Assembly: GCA_010909165.1 (NCBI GenBank)
Contig: VJWM01000007.1
Location: 372,001 to 436,000, forward strand
From: Anthoceros angustus
Taxonomy: Eukaryota > Plantae > Anthocerotophyta
DNA: 64,000 nt
Reading direction: 5' to 3'
The notes under the pieces: model-generated
Databases searched by the model: none
Told to the model about the DNA's origin: nothing
The model's input: only the letters and a program-made list of their open reading frames with translations
Program-made: the position numbers and the translations under genes
Shown: piece by piece, positions 52,801 to 64,000 of the stretch
Position numbering within the stretch: position 1 is the first letter of the stretch
How the letters are laid out: the number at the start of each line of letters is the position of its first letter

Positions 52801-54745
52801 AAGAGGCCAGTTTTGACGTTAGGCGAATTAATCATGACAAGTCTGGTCTTTCATCTTTGGGTGCCCATGAGTCTGGACGGGCACTGCCAGACCTCGATGG
52901 ACAGATGTCCTATCTGGATGCACGGGACTCAAAAGTAAGAGACAAGCCTAACCAAGTGTTGGACTCTGAAAATGATTCAAGTGTGCTCAAACTGCTACGA
53001 CAGGTAGGGCAACTGTCTGTAATACGCTTTCTTTTTCACCTTTGAATCAGGCTTTTGCTTCTGCAGCTGGTCAGAGTCCGATGTTTTCCTTGATGTCCAT
53101 TTCCTTGCAGATGTCAAACTGGGGTGATCACAAGCCAACAGCTGAAAAGTGTGAGGCTTTACAAGAAGTGTTGCAGCTGTTGCATGTGAATGATACAACT
53201 GTTTGGTCTCAGGTTCGTGGTGCTTTGCTGATTATTCCTGTCCTTTCAATGTGAACTATGATCCTGTATCAGATCCTTCTGGGAAAGGTTTCTGAGAAGG
53301 ACTCTGGCTTTCTTCTCCCTGTGATCAGTATTTCAACCAGATCTTCACGGCAGTTCTGGAAGCGCTTGATGATCCAGATCCTTCCATCAGGGAACTTGAT
53401 CTTTCAGTGATTCTTGAGATGTTGTCTCATCAGGTGACTTGACAAAGTTATTCAACAGGCTTTGATAACTGTTAGTTGTTAGCCCTCTATCACGGCTTAG
53501 CATCTGACTTTCGTGTCCCATCCAGAGGGAGAGGCTGGAAGAATGTACTGAAACCTTGTTGGAGAAATTGTTGCACGCGACAAGGGATTCAGTCCCAAGG
53601 GTAAGCTCTTTTGTCAAGTCTCTTTTTTAGGATATTTCTAAACTCTCCATGCAGTTCCTCAGGCTACACTGGAGCAAGGAAATCCCGTTCCCACTTTGTA
53701 TACACTAGACCCACACCGTTATCATGGAACTTACAGATCTTCCTGCATGTACACTCCGAGTTTCACTTTGCTTTTAGCTTGAAAGTCGTCCAGTCTTTGT
53801 TTAGGGTCCCTGCATTTTCACCACGGTACTATTCTGCTCTAAGGTTTGGAATTTTCCCAGCAGAGAGCAAGCTCATTGTCAACCGGCTGTAACTCGCTTG
53901 ATATGGATACAGGTTTGCAGTGCAGCGGAACGTTGTCTGCATGCTGTGTTAACTCAGTATGATCCTTACCGTTGCCTTGCTGTAAGTCTTCTTACTCCGG
54001 CTTTCTCATGATCTCCATGTTTTCGGATGGGATCGCTTGTGGTTGTAAAAGACGCTTGTGCTCATTGGGCATTAATGGCTTCCAGGTTGTGGTACCTCTT
54101 CTTGTGAGTGAGGAAGAGAAGACCTTGGTAACTTGCATCGGCTGTTTAACAAAGGTCTCTGATCATGACCCATCACGGCTTTGGGATTTGGTTTTGGGCT
54201 CTTGTGCTCATGTGTACAATGTCTCTTAGGGTGCTATTGGTGAACTCTTAACAGGAGATTAGCCTTGGCCTGTGTCTGACACGTTATATTGCAGCTTGTG
54301 AGCCGGCTTCCGTCAGAGGAGCTTATGGCTCAACTACCTTCGTTTTTACCGGCATTGTTTGATGCTTTTGGAAATCAGAATGCAGACGTCCGCAAGGTAA
54401 ATCACGGTTATCCAGCTCCCATTTTGTTTTGGAGTAGGATTTACCTGGAGAAAACTATGATGGACTGACTCCGTTTCCGTGCAGACTGTCGTGTTTTGTC
54501 TTGTGGACATCTACATTGTTCTCGGAAAAGCGTTTGTTCCTTACCTTGGAAGCCTTAGTAGCACCCAGTTGCGACTTGTCACCATTTATGCGAATCGGAT
54601 ATCTCAGGTAGGTAGTGTACTTGGTGATATTTCTACATAGGACACTAGGCTGATGTTGGTCAATGGGGACGCGGTTTACATTTCACACTTGGTTTTCGGA
54701 TTGGATCAGGCAAGAACGGGCAATTCCATAGATGCTCCTTTGTAG
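46870..54745 (+). CDS. CLASP: CLIP-associated protein (TOG/HEAT microtubule regulator)
   Basis: MEEAIEQLGAKDTKERMAGVERL...DNNFRVCQG...VERLGDGKQPVRDAARR; AWSHKNWRVREEFARTV; DWSARIAAMQRIEGL; HLDDPHHKVAQAALSTL; LLRSLDEQRSPKAK. C-terminus NQNADVRKTVVFCLVDIYIVLGKAFVPYLGSLSSTQLRLVTIYANRISQARTG...* with TAG at 54743-54745. Confidence 0.96.
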
Positions 54746-55479
54746 TGACTCCAACATACTACGAAACATCCGAGCAGCGATTCTTTCCAGTTTTGGACAG
54801 TAGGAGATAGCTTTGTTGCGAGAGCCTGCCGTGAGCCGTGTCTTCTGCTACGACGAGTTCCTTGGACTGTTTCTCCGTTGACAATTCTCATCACCTGTTA
54901 TATTCCAGGGTGTGGTAGCTAATCATATTTTGTGTGGAATAAGTCGGTCTTGTCTAACATCCTTTGTCGACTGCTTATTTATTTCATTCCTCTTGCTTAC
55001 TTAGCGTAATGATTTGTCTAATGCTGCATCACTTCTTTCGTGGGTTTGGTACCTGTGACCTGTCGCGCATATCTTTCACCAATCAAACGCAATTATAATG
55101 GGTATATAGTGAATAGGTTCTTTTTTATTGTAACGAATTTTTCAGTGCCTGTTCTCGATATCCCCGAGTCCCCGAGAACAGAAATACTGCTGGGTCAGGG
55201 CTTGCGGCCCAGGCCATCAAAGCCAGCAAGGCTGCCACCACGGTCACCAGGCAACTGTTTCTGAAGGGCATTCAGGCTAGCAGCAAGATTGACATAGGTG
55301 GACATAACCTCATTCTTGATAGCATGTCAGGTTACACTGCTCACAAAGGAAAATTCATGAATCATCAGCCCATGGTTAGAACAGTGCAGGACAAGCAGTA
55401 TAGCACGGATTCATCAAAGTCAGTCCATGGGCTGCAGGTTTAGGGCATTTCGAACAAGACTGTAGCTTTGCACAAGCAC

Positions 55480-55900
55480 ATAGCCAGAAAACAACTCCTG
55501 GGCAGGGCCCCCGCACAGCCATTCTATGTGCGTTTGGCTTAGCAACCAATAGATACTCTGGATACCAGCACTGGACGAGTCATCTTAGGTTGTGATGGTC
55601 AAAGACACTGGTGTGGTAGAGCTTGTCAGAGCTGGCGGTAGAAGATGGCAGGATCATTTGAAAATTTTGGCTCCTTGCCACTTTCCAGACTTGGATCCAG
55701 AGCCGCAACCCAGCACATGAATGCCATTAAAGGACTTGGCCTGTTAGGTTTGTAAACGCACGGACGAGGAGGAAGCAATGGTTCTGTGTGATCGATGCAA
55801 TCGAGGCTTTCATCTTTTCTGTTTGCAACCAGCTTTGGATGAAGTGCTGCAAAAGGACTGGTTCTATTCAGCATGTCAACAATTGCCAACATCCCAATGG
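55480..55900 (+). mobile_element. Degenerate Ty3/Gypsy integrase C-terminus with fused PHD finger
   Basis: Reads ...DTLDTSTGRVIL/VKDTGVVELV...QDHLKILAPCHFPDLDPE, then LAC*VCKRTDEEEAMVLCDRCNRGFHLFCLQPALDEVLQKDWFYSAC. This is a C4HC3 PHD with an in-frame TAG and one Cys replaced by Tyr. Confidence 0.65.
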
Positions 55901-56089
55901 ACAAAACATGGGAGCGACAGCTGGTCAGTGCGTGGCCGTGTGCTATTAATTAATAAGTAGTAATTAATCAAGCAAAAAATAGTAATTTGATCTTTTCTCA
56001 AGAACTTCTAACAGATCATTCAATTGAAAATAGCCATAGCGACGGGAGATGCGCGACATCCTTTCTCGAATCTGAGGAAGGAGTGATGA

Positions 56090-56200
56090 AGGCTCAGCAG
56101 CACCTCAAGGTCTGCAAATCGAGGACTCATCGGTGGTGCGTGGTTTGTGAGATCGCCTACCACGATGGTCCATGTTTTGTAAGCTTACATGATGGCCATG
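56090..56200 (+). mobile_element. Possible piggyBac-type transposase C-terminal Cys-rich domain remnant
   Basis: LKVCKSRTHRWCVVCEIAYHDGPCFVSLH resembles the CxxC..RT...CxxC......PCF..(F/Y)H pattern. No DDD core or TIRs were identified. Confidence 0.35.
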
Positions 56201-57524
56201 CTTGGTAATAGAAGGTAAGCAATTCCGATTTTTTTTTGTGCGTTGCATGTTAGTAGTTCTCCCTGCCGGTAGCAAGAGACATGTGCTTTCACAGGTGGAT
56301 CAATAGAGATAGCACCATGTGGCCATGGATGATTGGATGTGAATCCAAATGAACATGTGCTCATGGCAACCCGTAAGGCCTATAGGCTGTGAGGAAAAGA
56401 AGAAAGCAGCCACCCTACCGAACAAGACTTGGGAACTGTCATCCCTTCAAGGTGTAACATCTAGGCCTGAGTTCATTGAAACTCCACAATTAAGCCTCCT
56501 CTCGATAGGTCAGTACGCGGATGAGATGTTGTTGCCCATCCCCAACTATAAACATCATGCCTCGTCTCCGTCGTGTGCGTCGTGTGCGAGGGTGCCAGTT
56601 GCTAGTATCCAAGGGGGTTGCTAGTATCCAAGGGGTTACTCCATATCAAATTCCAGCCCGGGACTTCGATGTATACTTTGGAGTATCTATAAAATCTCCA
56701 AATTCACTATAAAAAAACATCAGAAGCCAGGCACCCATCTTTGCTTGCATGGACGTGGAGGGAACCACGGCTAAGATACAAGTAAGAGGCAACCTAGGAT
56801 TGACCATGTCGAGAGCTAATGTGGTCGACACCTTTCCTTTTTTTTCTAGTGTAGACTCCAGCGCAAATTAATCAAGGAAAAGAAAGGTACATCAATCCTA
56901 ACCTAGTCTTACGCGCTTGTTTCACTTGGGCTCTATTTTTATAGACCAATTGTGCAATCTATGTAGTTCCAAATATTTTGAGAGAAAAGACAAAAGGGGT
57001 GCACTATTTTTTGTGAAAACGAACGCCCTAAAATGCTGGAATTGTTTCTTCAATTGTTGGAATTTCCTGTACTTGTGGTCAAAGGGTTTAAGACCCCCTA
57101 AGGTAGACGTTACAGGATTAAGCAAAGCTTTCCACCCGATGGCCCTTCACGTAGCATGTGCTGTATTCCATGTTGTGACTAACCTTTGTATTTTTTGGGT
57201 ATTCAAAATATCAATATGTATTTCTTTCAAGTGGTTTATAAATTCTTAGCATCATGGAATGGAATTCGCCGCAACACCCTCCCATTCTCCATAGTAAAAT
57301 CTCCGGATCCAAACGGGATCGCAATTCCATTTACCTCCTCATGAAGGTAATGAATTTTGCCACCAGAGTTAATTCCCGGCCATTCAGCTTTACCGGCTCT
57401 CCAGTTGGCACCACATGATACCGTAACATGGAGGGAGAGAGGAGAGGTCGCGTCTGCGCATGCTGAAACGCTCTACAGACCAGTAGCAGTCCTGCACTGA
57501 GGACTGACAGCGGAGATTACCAAG

Positions 57525-60500
57525 ATGTCAAAGGCACCCAAGGAAGTGCTTCGGATCGAGCGCGAGGCTGTCATCTCTACTTTGAAAGCCAAGCTCGTGG
57601 ACACTTTAGCAGATCTCATAGGTGACTCCCGTCAGCAATGCAGGGTCCTCAAATTTGCCTCCTGTTTCCTTGCACGCTTTATTTTCATCCCACTGACTAC
57701 TCAGCGGTTCCTGCTGCCCACAGTGGCCGACTCTGATCGCGATGAATTCTTAAGCTTGTGCAAGCGCGTGGAGGGAACTATCCGGGCCTGGTATCTTGTG
57801 CAGTTTGAGGAGCTCATGGTGATAGACTTCTCCCTTCTACCCGTTTCTGTATTATATGTCCTCAGGTAGGATTGGGTGGACCGTCCACTTACCAGTCCTT
57901 GCTTGTGCAGCAACTGTTCTCGTTGTTTGAACCAGTCTATGGCGCGCATAAGCTTATGCAGCAGGAATTATCAGCATCTAAAGTGGACGTCCTGGAGCAG
58001 CGCTTTTTGGGAATTGTGTTTCGGGTAAGATCGTTCTGACTCCGGATCATGGGAGCACGAATGCAGTCGGATATGTAGGTGGTGTGTCAGATTCTAGGGA
58101 CTTCACTGCTTATTGCAAGTGGCTGTTGTGGCTCATCTCCAGGACTTTGCTTGAGAAAGAAGTAACATCATTTGTAGTTCGGAATTGTGCATCATCACTG
58201 CAGGCTCTTGAGACAAGCCACATCATTTAGATCATGCTGCGTGAATCAACCCCTTCCCTCCATTCTGCTTTGTGATGAATGGAGAAAAACAAACTAGGTT
58301 CATGGGAAAGCTTGGTTCTGGGTTGGCCCTGACTTCTAACCGAATGAAGCTCAGTAAAGGGCTCATTTCCAGTTCATGAAGTACAAGCTTCTCTGAAGCA
58401 ATAAGGATGACTATTTCATTTAACGAAGCATTGATGTTTCGGAGCTGAGCTTGATATGCAAAACTTACATTTCCTGCTATAGGAAGACAGTATGGCATGT
58501 CACTTCTGTGGTGTCGCCAAGTTCCATGCACAGTGAAGCTATCATAACTGAATCTCTATAGCTTCCACTGCCAATCCAAGCTTGGGTTCCCTTCAACCTC
58601 AGTAGCAGTTGCTCTGTGTGGGTTTGGATGTTACAGTTGATGGAAAAAAGCAACTTCAAGACTATTACCAAGGATGAAATTGAAGTAGCTTCATCTGGCC
58701 AATATCTCCTCAATCTGCCAATCGCTGTGGATTCCTCCAAGGTTCGTGACACTCTCTTACAGCTCGTCTCTGTCTGAAGCTTACCAAATCCGTCCTGCTC
58801 ACTGTTTGGTCTTGCAGCTGGACAAGAAGCTTCTATCGAAGTACTTCTCGGAACATCCCAAAGAAGGACTCCCTGACTTCAGCACACAGGTTGGCACTCT
58901 TTGATTTAAGTCTGGAATGCTACATGAATCTAGCAAGCAGTCGACACTCTCTAGAAGTCCTGAATGTTAGCTTGGAGAGTGACTTTCCCATGGGCTTTAT
59001 TGCCATCATTGAACTAAGAATCTCTACGATGGGTTCAGTATATTCTTTTTAGGCGTGGTGTGGGCATTGACCAAACGACAGACTACTTTGTTTTGTCCAA
59101 GTTGGATGTGATCCTCTCACGCTGCTGGAATTGGGTGCTCCATAAGCTCAGGTGCTTCTTTTCCTTCATGCATGCCATTCCCAGAATTTGCATGGTTGCT
59201 AGAAAGAGACGATAAAGGCAGTTGCGAAACTCTGGAACTATTCACTGCCAGGGTCAGAAAGAAAGCTGAAACTAGCAAGAAGAATGAAGAAGCAGAAGAC
59301 TTACCACCAGCAAATGCTGACCTTTATGTGGAGCGCAGAAGGATAGAAAACATGGAAATCAGGTTAGATTATTGCCCGTTGCAAGCCTCAAAGTCTCATG
59401 GAGTAAGAGAGCTAGTCATGTACTACCAACTATTTAGCATTTTCTCTTTGAATTTTCTGTGGTTTCTTGTGGCTCAACACCTCATTGTGCCCTGTGACGT
59501 CATTGTTGCCACAGCTTCGGAAATCTCTTCAAAAAAAACACAGTCCAAGAACCTACATTTGAGAGGGTGATCGTCTTGTACAGGTGCAACTGTTCACGTA
59601 ACTCAGCTTTCTGTCATATTTATTTAATGCACCTCTGCTTAGCTGTATGCCTCCGTTTGTTTTCTTTGATGTTGACCTGGAAGTCTCATTCACAGCATGC
59701 AAGGCAGTGTTTGACAGTTTATTTGCTTCAGTGTGGCTTCCATTGACACTGTAGCCATGCGCTTGCATCAAGTTTGCTTGGTGCTAAGCAAGGTCTAGCT
59801 GGACAGAGGGATGTGCTTCATCAGTGTTCTGTTTGGTTGTGGTTTGGTGTAATTTACATTATGGGATTCCTGGGTGCAATATCAGAGCAGACCTGTACTG
59901 ACGAGATTGTGTCTGCTGCAGAGACTTAAGCATCCACGCTGATGTTGTGTATTTGTGTGGCAACCAGAAAGGCCACTCCTCGTGGCTTTACAGCAGATCT
60001 CGGGGATCGCGCAATCCATATCAAGCATTTTAGGAACATACCGATGGCAGATATGGAGTTGGTGCTAGTGAGTGATTTCCACTGAGTGGTTCTTGCTACA
60101 GCACACTAGTGTACGGGGCCAGTGACTTTTCTTTACTGACTGGGGGTTTCTGTTCGGCCATTCTGCTGCTCTCATCGTTTTTGCTAAGCGTTCTTTCCCT
60201 GTCAGCCGGAGAAGAAGAATCCAAGTCTTACACCAATGGACTGGTTAAAATTTTTCATATCTGCAGTTTTGGGTCTGGTGAGCCTTATTTGCTTGTTCAA
60301 GGGCATGCCGGAGGAACTTCCTTTCAGTTCTGAAGTATGGTTGCGAAACCTGATTTAGTGTTCTGGCAGGTGGCATTTGTTGGTTCGATGGAAACGCACT
60401 CCGTAGACATCTGGGTGGCTCTTGCTATTCTGGGTGGTTTTGTCGGTTACTGTGGAAAGATTTATGTCACGTAGGATCTCAAGGCCTCTCTTACTTTGCA

Positions 60501-61428
60501 GCCGCAATTTTAATTCTTTTCCAAGCTTGATTCGCCTGGCTGTCGTGAGAATTGTTTGCTTTCTGTGTTCTGACTCTAGTGCACACGATCAAGCTTTGTT
60601 CTGTCCTCCCATGACCATTTCATAGTTAGTACATCCTTGATGATACGGCTGAGACCGTAAAGCTTGTCCAGACATGGGTAGTCTTTGAGCTATTTTGTAA
60701 TCTGTGGCTGCCCTGCAGTTTCCAGAGCAATCTTCGGGAATATCAGAATCTTATCACCAAATCAATGTATGATAAGCAGCTGGACAGTGGGAAGGGGACT
60801 CTTCTTCATTTATGTGATGATGTTATCCAGCAAGAGGTTAGGAGTTACACCTTTTTGCTTTCACATTTTGTGTAGTGCCGCATATGATGGTGAACTGAGG
60901 CAGGGCGTCGAAATTAATTGTGAGGATTTCATGCTGCTGTTGCAGGTGAAGGAGGTTATCATAGCATACTTCGTCATGATGACACAAGGGAAGGCGACTA
61001 AAAATGTATCAGACCATACATCCCTACATGGATTGAATAGTGCATGGAACATTCTGGTGGCGTTGGCGCTCCTACTGAACATTAGAGTTGGTGGGAAAAA
61101 TACTGACTTATGCATTGTGCCAGGATCTTGACGCACGGTGTGAGCTGCTCATGTTGGAAGAGTTTGCTGAGAAATGTGACTTCGAGGTGGATGATGCAGT
61201 CCAGAAGATGGAAAAATTGGGGATCCTTACGAAGGTAGGAGCCAATCACCTTCTAATACTCACGAACATACGTTATGGGTGTCTGAAAGTAGCTGGGCTG
61301 TTTTATTTACTAAAACACCGGATCTTGCACAGGATGCCTCGGAGAGATACTCTCATGTGTCTTTGAAACGCGCTAACCAGATACTGGGGGCGGCCAAGGA
61401 ATCATTATGGGAAAAGGACCTCGTATAG
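57525..61428 (+). CDS. DUF3754 family protein (At3g19340/At5g13940-like)
   Basis: [27 protein letters not shown]|[30 protein letters not shown]; [19 protein letters not shown]; [13 protein letters not shown]; [16 protein letters not shown]; LTPMDWLKF; [32 protein letters not shown]; [18 protein letters not shown] at 61426-61428. Confidence 0.92.
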
Positions 61429-61917
61429 TGAACAGGTGGTTCCTTTATGGTTGATTTTGGCGTCAATTCGAGGAGTTCGAGTCAAGAGTTTCGGAACTGG
61501 CATAGGGCCAAAAGTAACGTGACATTCGTTTCGGTATTGAGACGTACTGTCTGTCGTCTGAAGTTTTTTCATAAATGTCTGTTATATTGCTCAGGATAAT
61601 GCAAGCACAATCTCACTTAACTAAGTTTGATGTTTAAGGCGCTCTAGCTTAGCTCGCCGTATGCTGCATTTTTTGTTATACACGTTTCTTTTATCGTGCA
61701 GTGGGCTTAGGCTACCTACATTGTCCCATTTATTTAATTTTTTTATTACATTTACGTATAGGATGACCTAGCGGCTTTGGAAACCAGAGCCCCTATGTGC
61801 ACCATACAAGCACCGGTGACCGTATTGGGGGACCCCCGTGTTGTGTGCTTCATTATATCATGTTAAGTGTCTAGGGTCGGTGATTGCATCCGAGTTAAAA
61901 TTATGCAACACACAAAT

Positions 61918-62090
61918 CTTCCAAACCAAGGTCTGAATTTGTGTGCGCAGACCGTGCACCAACATCGGCGCCTCCAAAAGAATGGAAGACTTGTAATGTT
62001 TGCTTCCAAACCAAGGTCTGAATTTGTGTGTGCAGACCGTGCACCAACATCGGTGCCTCCAAAAGAATGGAAGACTTGTAATGTTTGCTT
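61918..62090. repeat. 85-bp tandem duplication (2 copies)
   Basis: cttccaaaccaaggtctgaatttgtgtg...aagaatggaagacttgtaatgtttg starts at 61918 and again at 62003, with about 2 mismatches. Confidence 0.9.
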
Positions 62091-62714
62091 TGCTCGCAAA
62101 ATTGGGATTCAGGCTTCCACCAACCATGGCACGTCTCCAAATGAGTAATGTTGAGGATGACCACCTTATATATACTTTGGCTGACTTGCATCTAGAGATG
62201 GAGATGTTCACTCTTACAAAATTGGAAATTCTATTGAACCTTAAATTGATGTTGATCTAGAGCTTGAAATTCTTCGATTTTTCCAATCCAGATTTTTCCA
62301 ATTGGATTGTCCATCACTGCAACTTCCTGACGTGCATGACTCGATAGCTAGTTCACGATTCCGCGTTTGTTGCTCATGATGTGGGATGCAATAGAATTGT
62401 GAAGCAGTTATCATTGGCAGCTTGGGAAATTTTGTTCATCAGCTCCATATTGGAAAACAACTTCTGTGGAGCTTAATTGCTCATTGCGGGATGACAAGCA
62501 TATGAAGACCCTACCTACACTGGGAAAACGATAACAAGCCCAAACAAGACAGAGACAACGAGTAAGGTATTCTAGTCATGGGCACTCCAACCTACAATTC
62601 AATTTGGAAAATGGCATTGTCCACGTTTCATATGCAGCATAATAATGAAGCTCACAATCGTCCCACATGTCATGAGCATAATTTCCCTCCACCAGCAAAA
62701 GCAGAGTCCTTAGG

Positions 62715-63052
62715 TTCCTCACACGGGGGAAGTCGGTGTGCCTAACTTTAGACCTCACACAGGGGAGGTCGGTGCGCCTAACTTTGGACCTCACATGAGG
62801 GAGGTTGGCGCGCCTAACTTTAAACATCACACGAGAGAGGTCGGCACCCTCACACGAGGAAGGTCGGCGCACTTAAATTTAGGCCTCACACGTGAGAGGT
62901 CGGCGCCAAAAAACTAGGACGATTTACAAAATATTTTCAAACTTTTTCCAAATAACCAAGACCAAAATTTAGACCTCACACGCGAGAGGTCGATGCGCCA
63001 AAAAACTGGGATGATTTACAAAACGTTTTCAAACTTTTTCCAAACAACCAAG
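62715..63052. repeat. Degenerate ~36-bp tandem array plus a ~90-bp duplication, probably transposon subterminal repeats
   Basis: cctcacacNNgNgaggtcggNgcNcctaacttt recurs about 7 times. The stretch 62884-62960 is repeated at 62974-63052. Confidence 0.75.
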
Positions 63053-63481
63053 AGGATAACACCCCATTCCGGTACTGATTTGCCCACAAGTTGCTTAACT
63101 ATGGAGTTCTTCTGATGGTGTATATGCACCCTATACATCTTAATGACAAGTCTTGACAAACATGTTCATTATGCACTAAATTTACTTGCTCTTTTCACTA
63201 GGAAGCGGTCAACAATTACCCAAAAGAGAGAGAATTCTGATTTTTGGGATGTATATTTCTTGATAACCGTCTTTGTTAGGTTTGCAGCTTCACACTATTT
63301 GTACAGTTTGCGTTTTTGGATAGGTAAGAACCCTTTTTGAGCCCCCTTCCAAGTAGTTTGGTCCAAAGCCCTCTCATGGTTGAAAAGCCCCCTAACCCAA
63401 CAGACATTGTTTATGTCTAATGTACTGCCTAGTTTGGAAAACAACAATGCAGCGCTTGTGGATGTAGCAAAATATATTGAG

Positions 63482-63583
63482 GAGCAACTACAAGTGGGAC
63501 ATGTCGAGCAACTGCAAGTGGGACATGTAGAGCAACTGCAAGTGGGACATGTAGAGCAACTGCAAGTGGGACATCTAGAGCAA
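63482..63583. repeat. 24-bp minisatellite (about 4 copies)
   Basis: gagcaactgcaagtgggacatgta repeated; it translates as EQLQVGHV x4 in the short ORF 63380-63658. Confidence 0.9.
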
Positions 63584-64000
63584 CAAACATTTGAGAGAGA
63601 AAATTTGCGATCTTTTCCAAAACTGAGGATAAAGGAATGCAACATTGAAGTGACATAGGCCGAGATTAGTGACATCTATAACAAAGTCGCATCATATAGA
63701 CATCCCAATAAAACACATGGTGAGCCGCATCATACAGAAATTCCAATGAAGCACATAGTGAAAATGTGACAATCTCACAGCTCTTAATCAAGTATAAGAG
63801 AACTTGTATGATCGAAAGTATTATCATTACAATGGTATATGTCATTATGTGCATTGGATCCACACTTCTTTAACATAATAAATAATAATCGAGTAAATTA
63901 AATAAAAAATAAAAATGAACCTAAAATGAATAAAAGATCTTCCAAGCCCCAGGATCAAAGCCTTCATTAAGAACCAGTAAAAACAGTGATTGCAGAGTGA

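Noticed and set aside
28413-54745. Functional cluster of trafficking/cytoskeleton genes (GORAB-like, kinesin interactor, epsin, CLASP)
   Set aside because: These are broad, common categories interspersed with unrelated genes, with no evidence beyond chance.

Overview
This is eukaryotic nuclear DNA from a compact land-plant genome. Short GT-AG introns, roughly 50% GC and tiny intergenic gaps suggest a Selaginella-like lycophyte; that assignment is inference. Twelve protein-coding loci can be reconstructed. In order they are: a USP9/24/34-like deubiquitinase (-, runs off the left edge), ISE2-like plastid DExH helicase (-), nCBP/eIF4E class II (-), a Kelch-repeat protein (+), a DUF662/GORAB-like coiled-coil protein (-), an At4g14310-like kinesin-interacting protein (+), a PIAL-type SP-RING SUMO ligase (-), a 3D-domain protein (+), an intronless YqaJ-like nuclease with a 1-nt frameshift (-), an EPSIN2/3-like ENTH protein (-), CLASP (+) and a DUF3754 protein (+). 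Repeat- and transposon-rich stretches lie at about 13.6-18.0 kb, 55.2-57.3 kb and 61.8-64 kb. They hold remnants of a CRE-like LINE, a Ty3/Gypsy integrase with a PHD finger, a possible piggyBac Cys-rich tail, and several minisatellites. The top finding is the six-exon gene at 37788-38895, fragmented in the ORF track, which encodes a bacterial-type MltA/3D (three-Asp) peptidoglycan lytic-transglycosylase-like protein. All family assignments come from motif recognition, not database searches.
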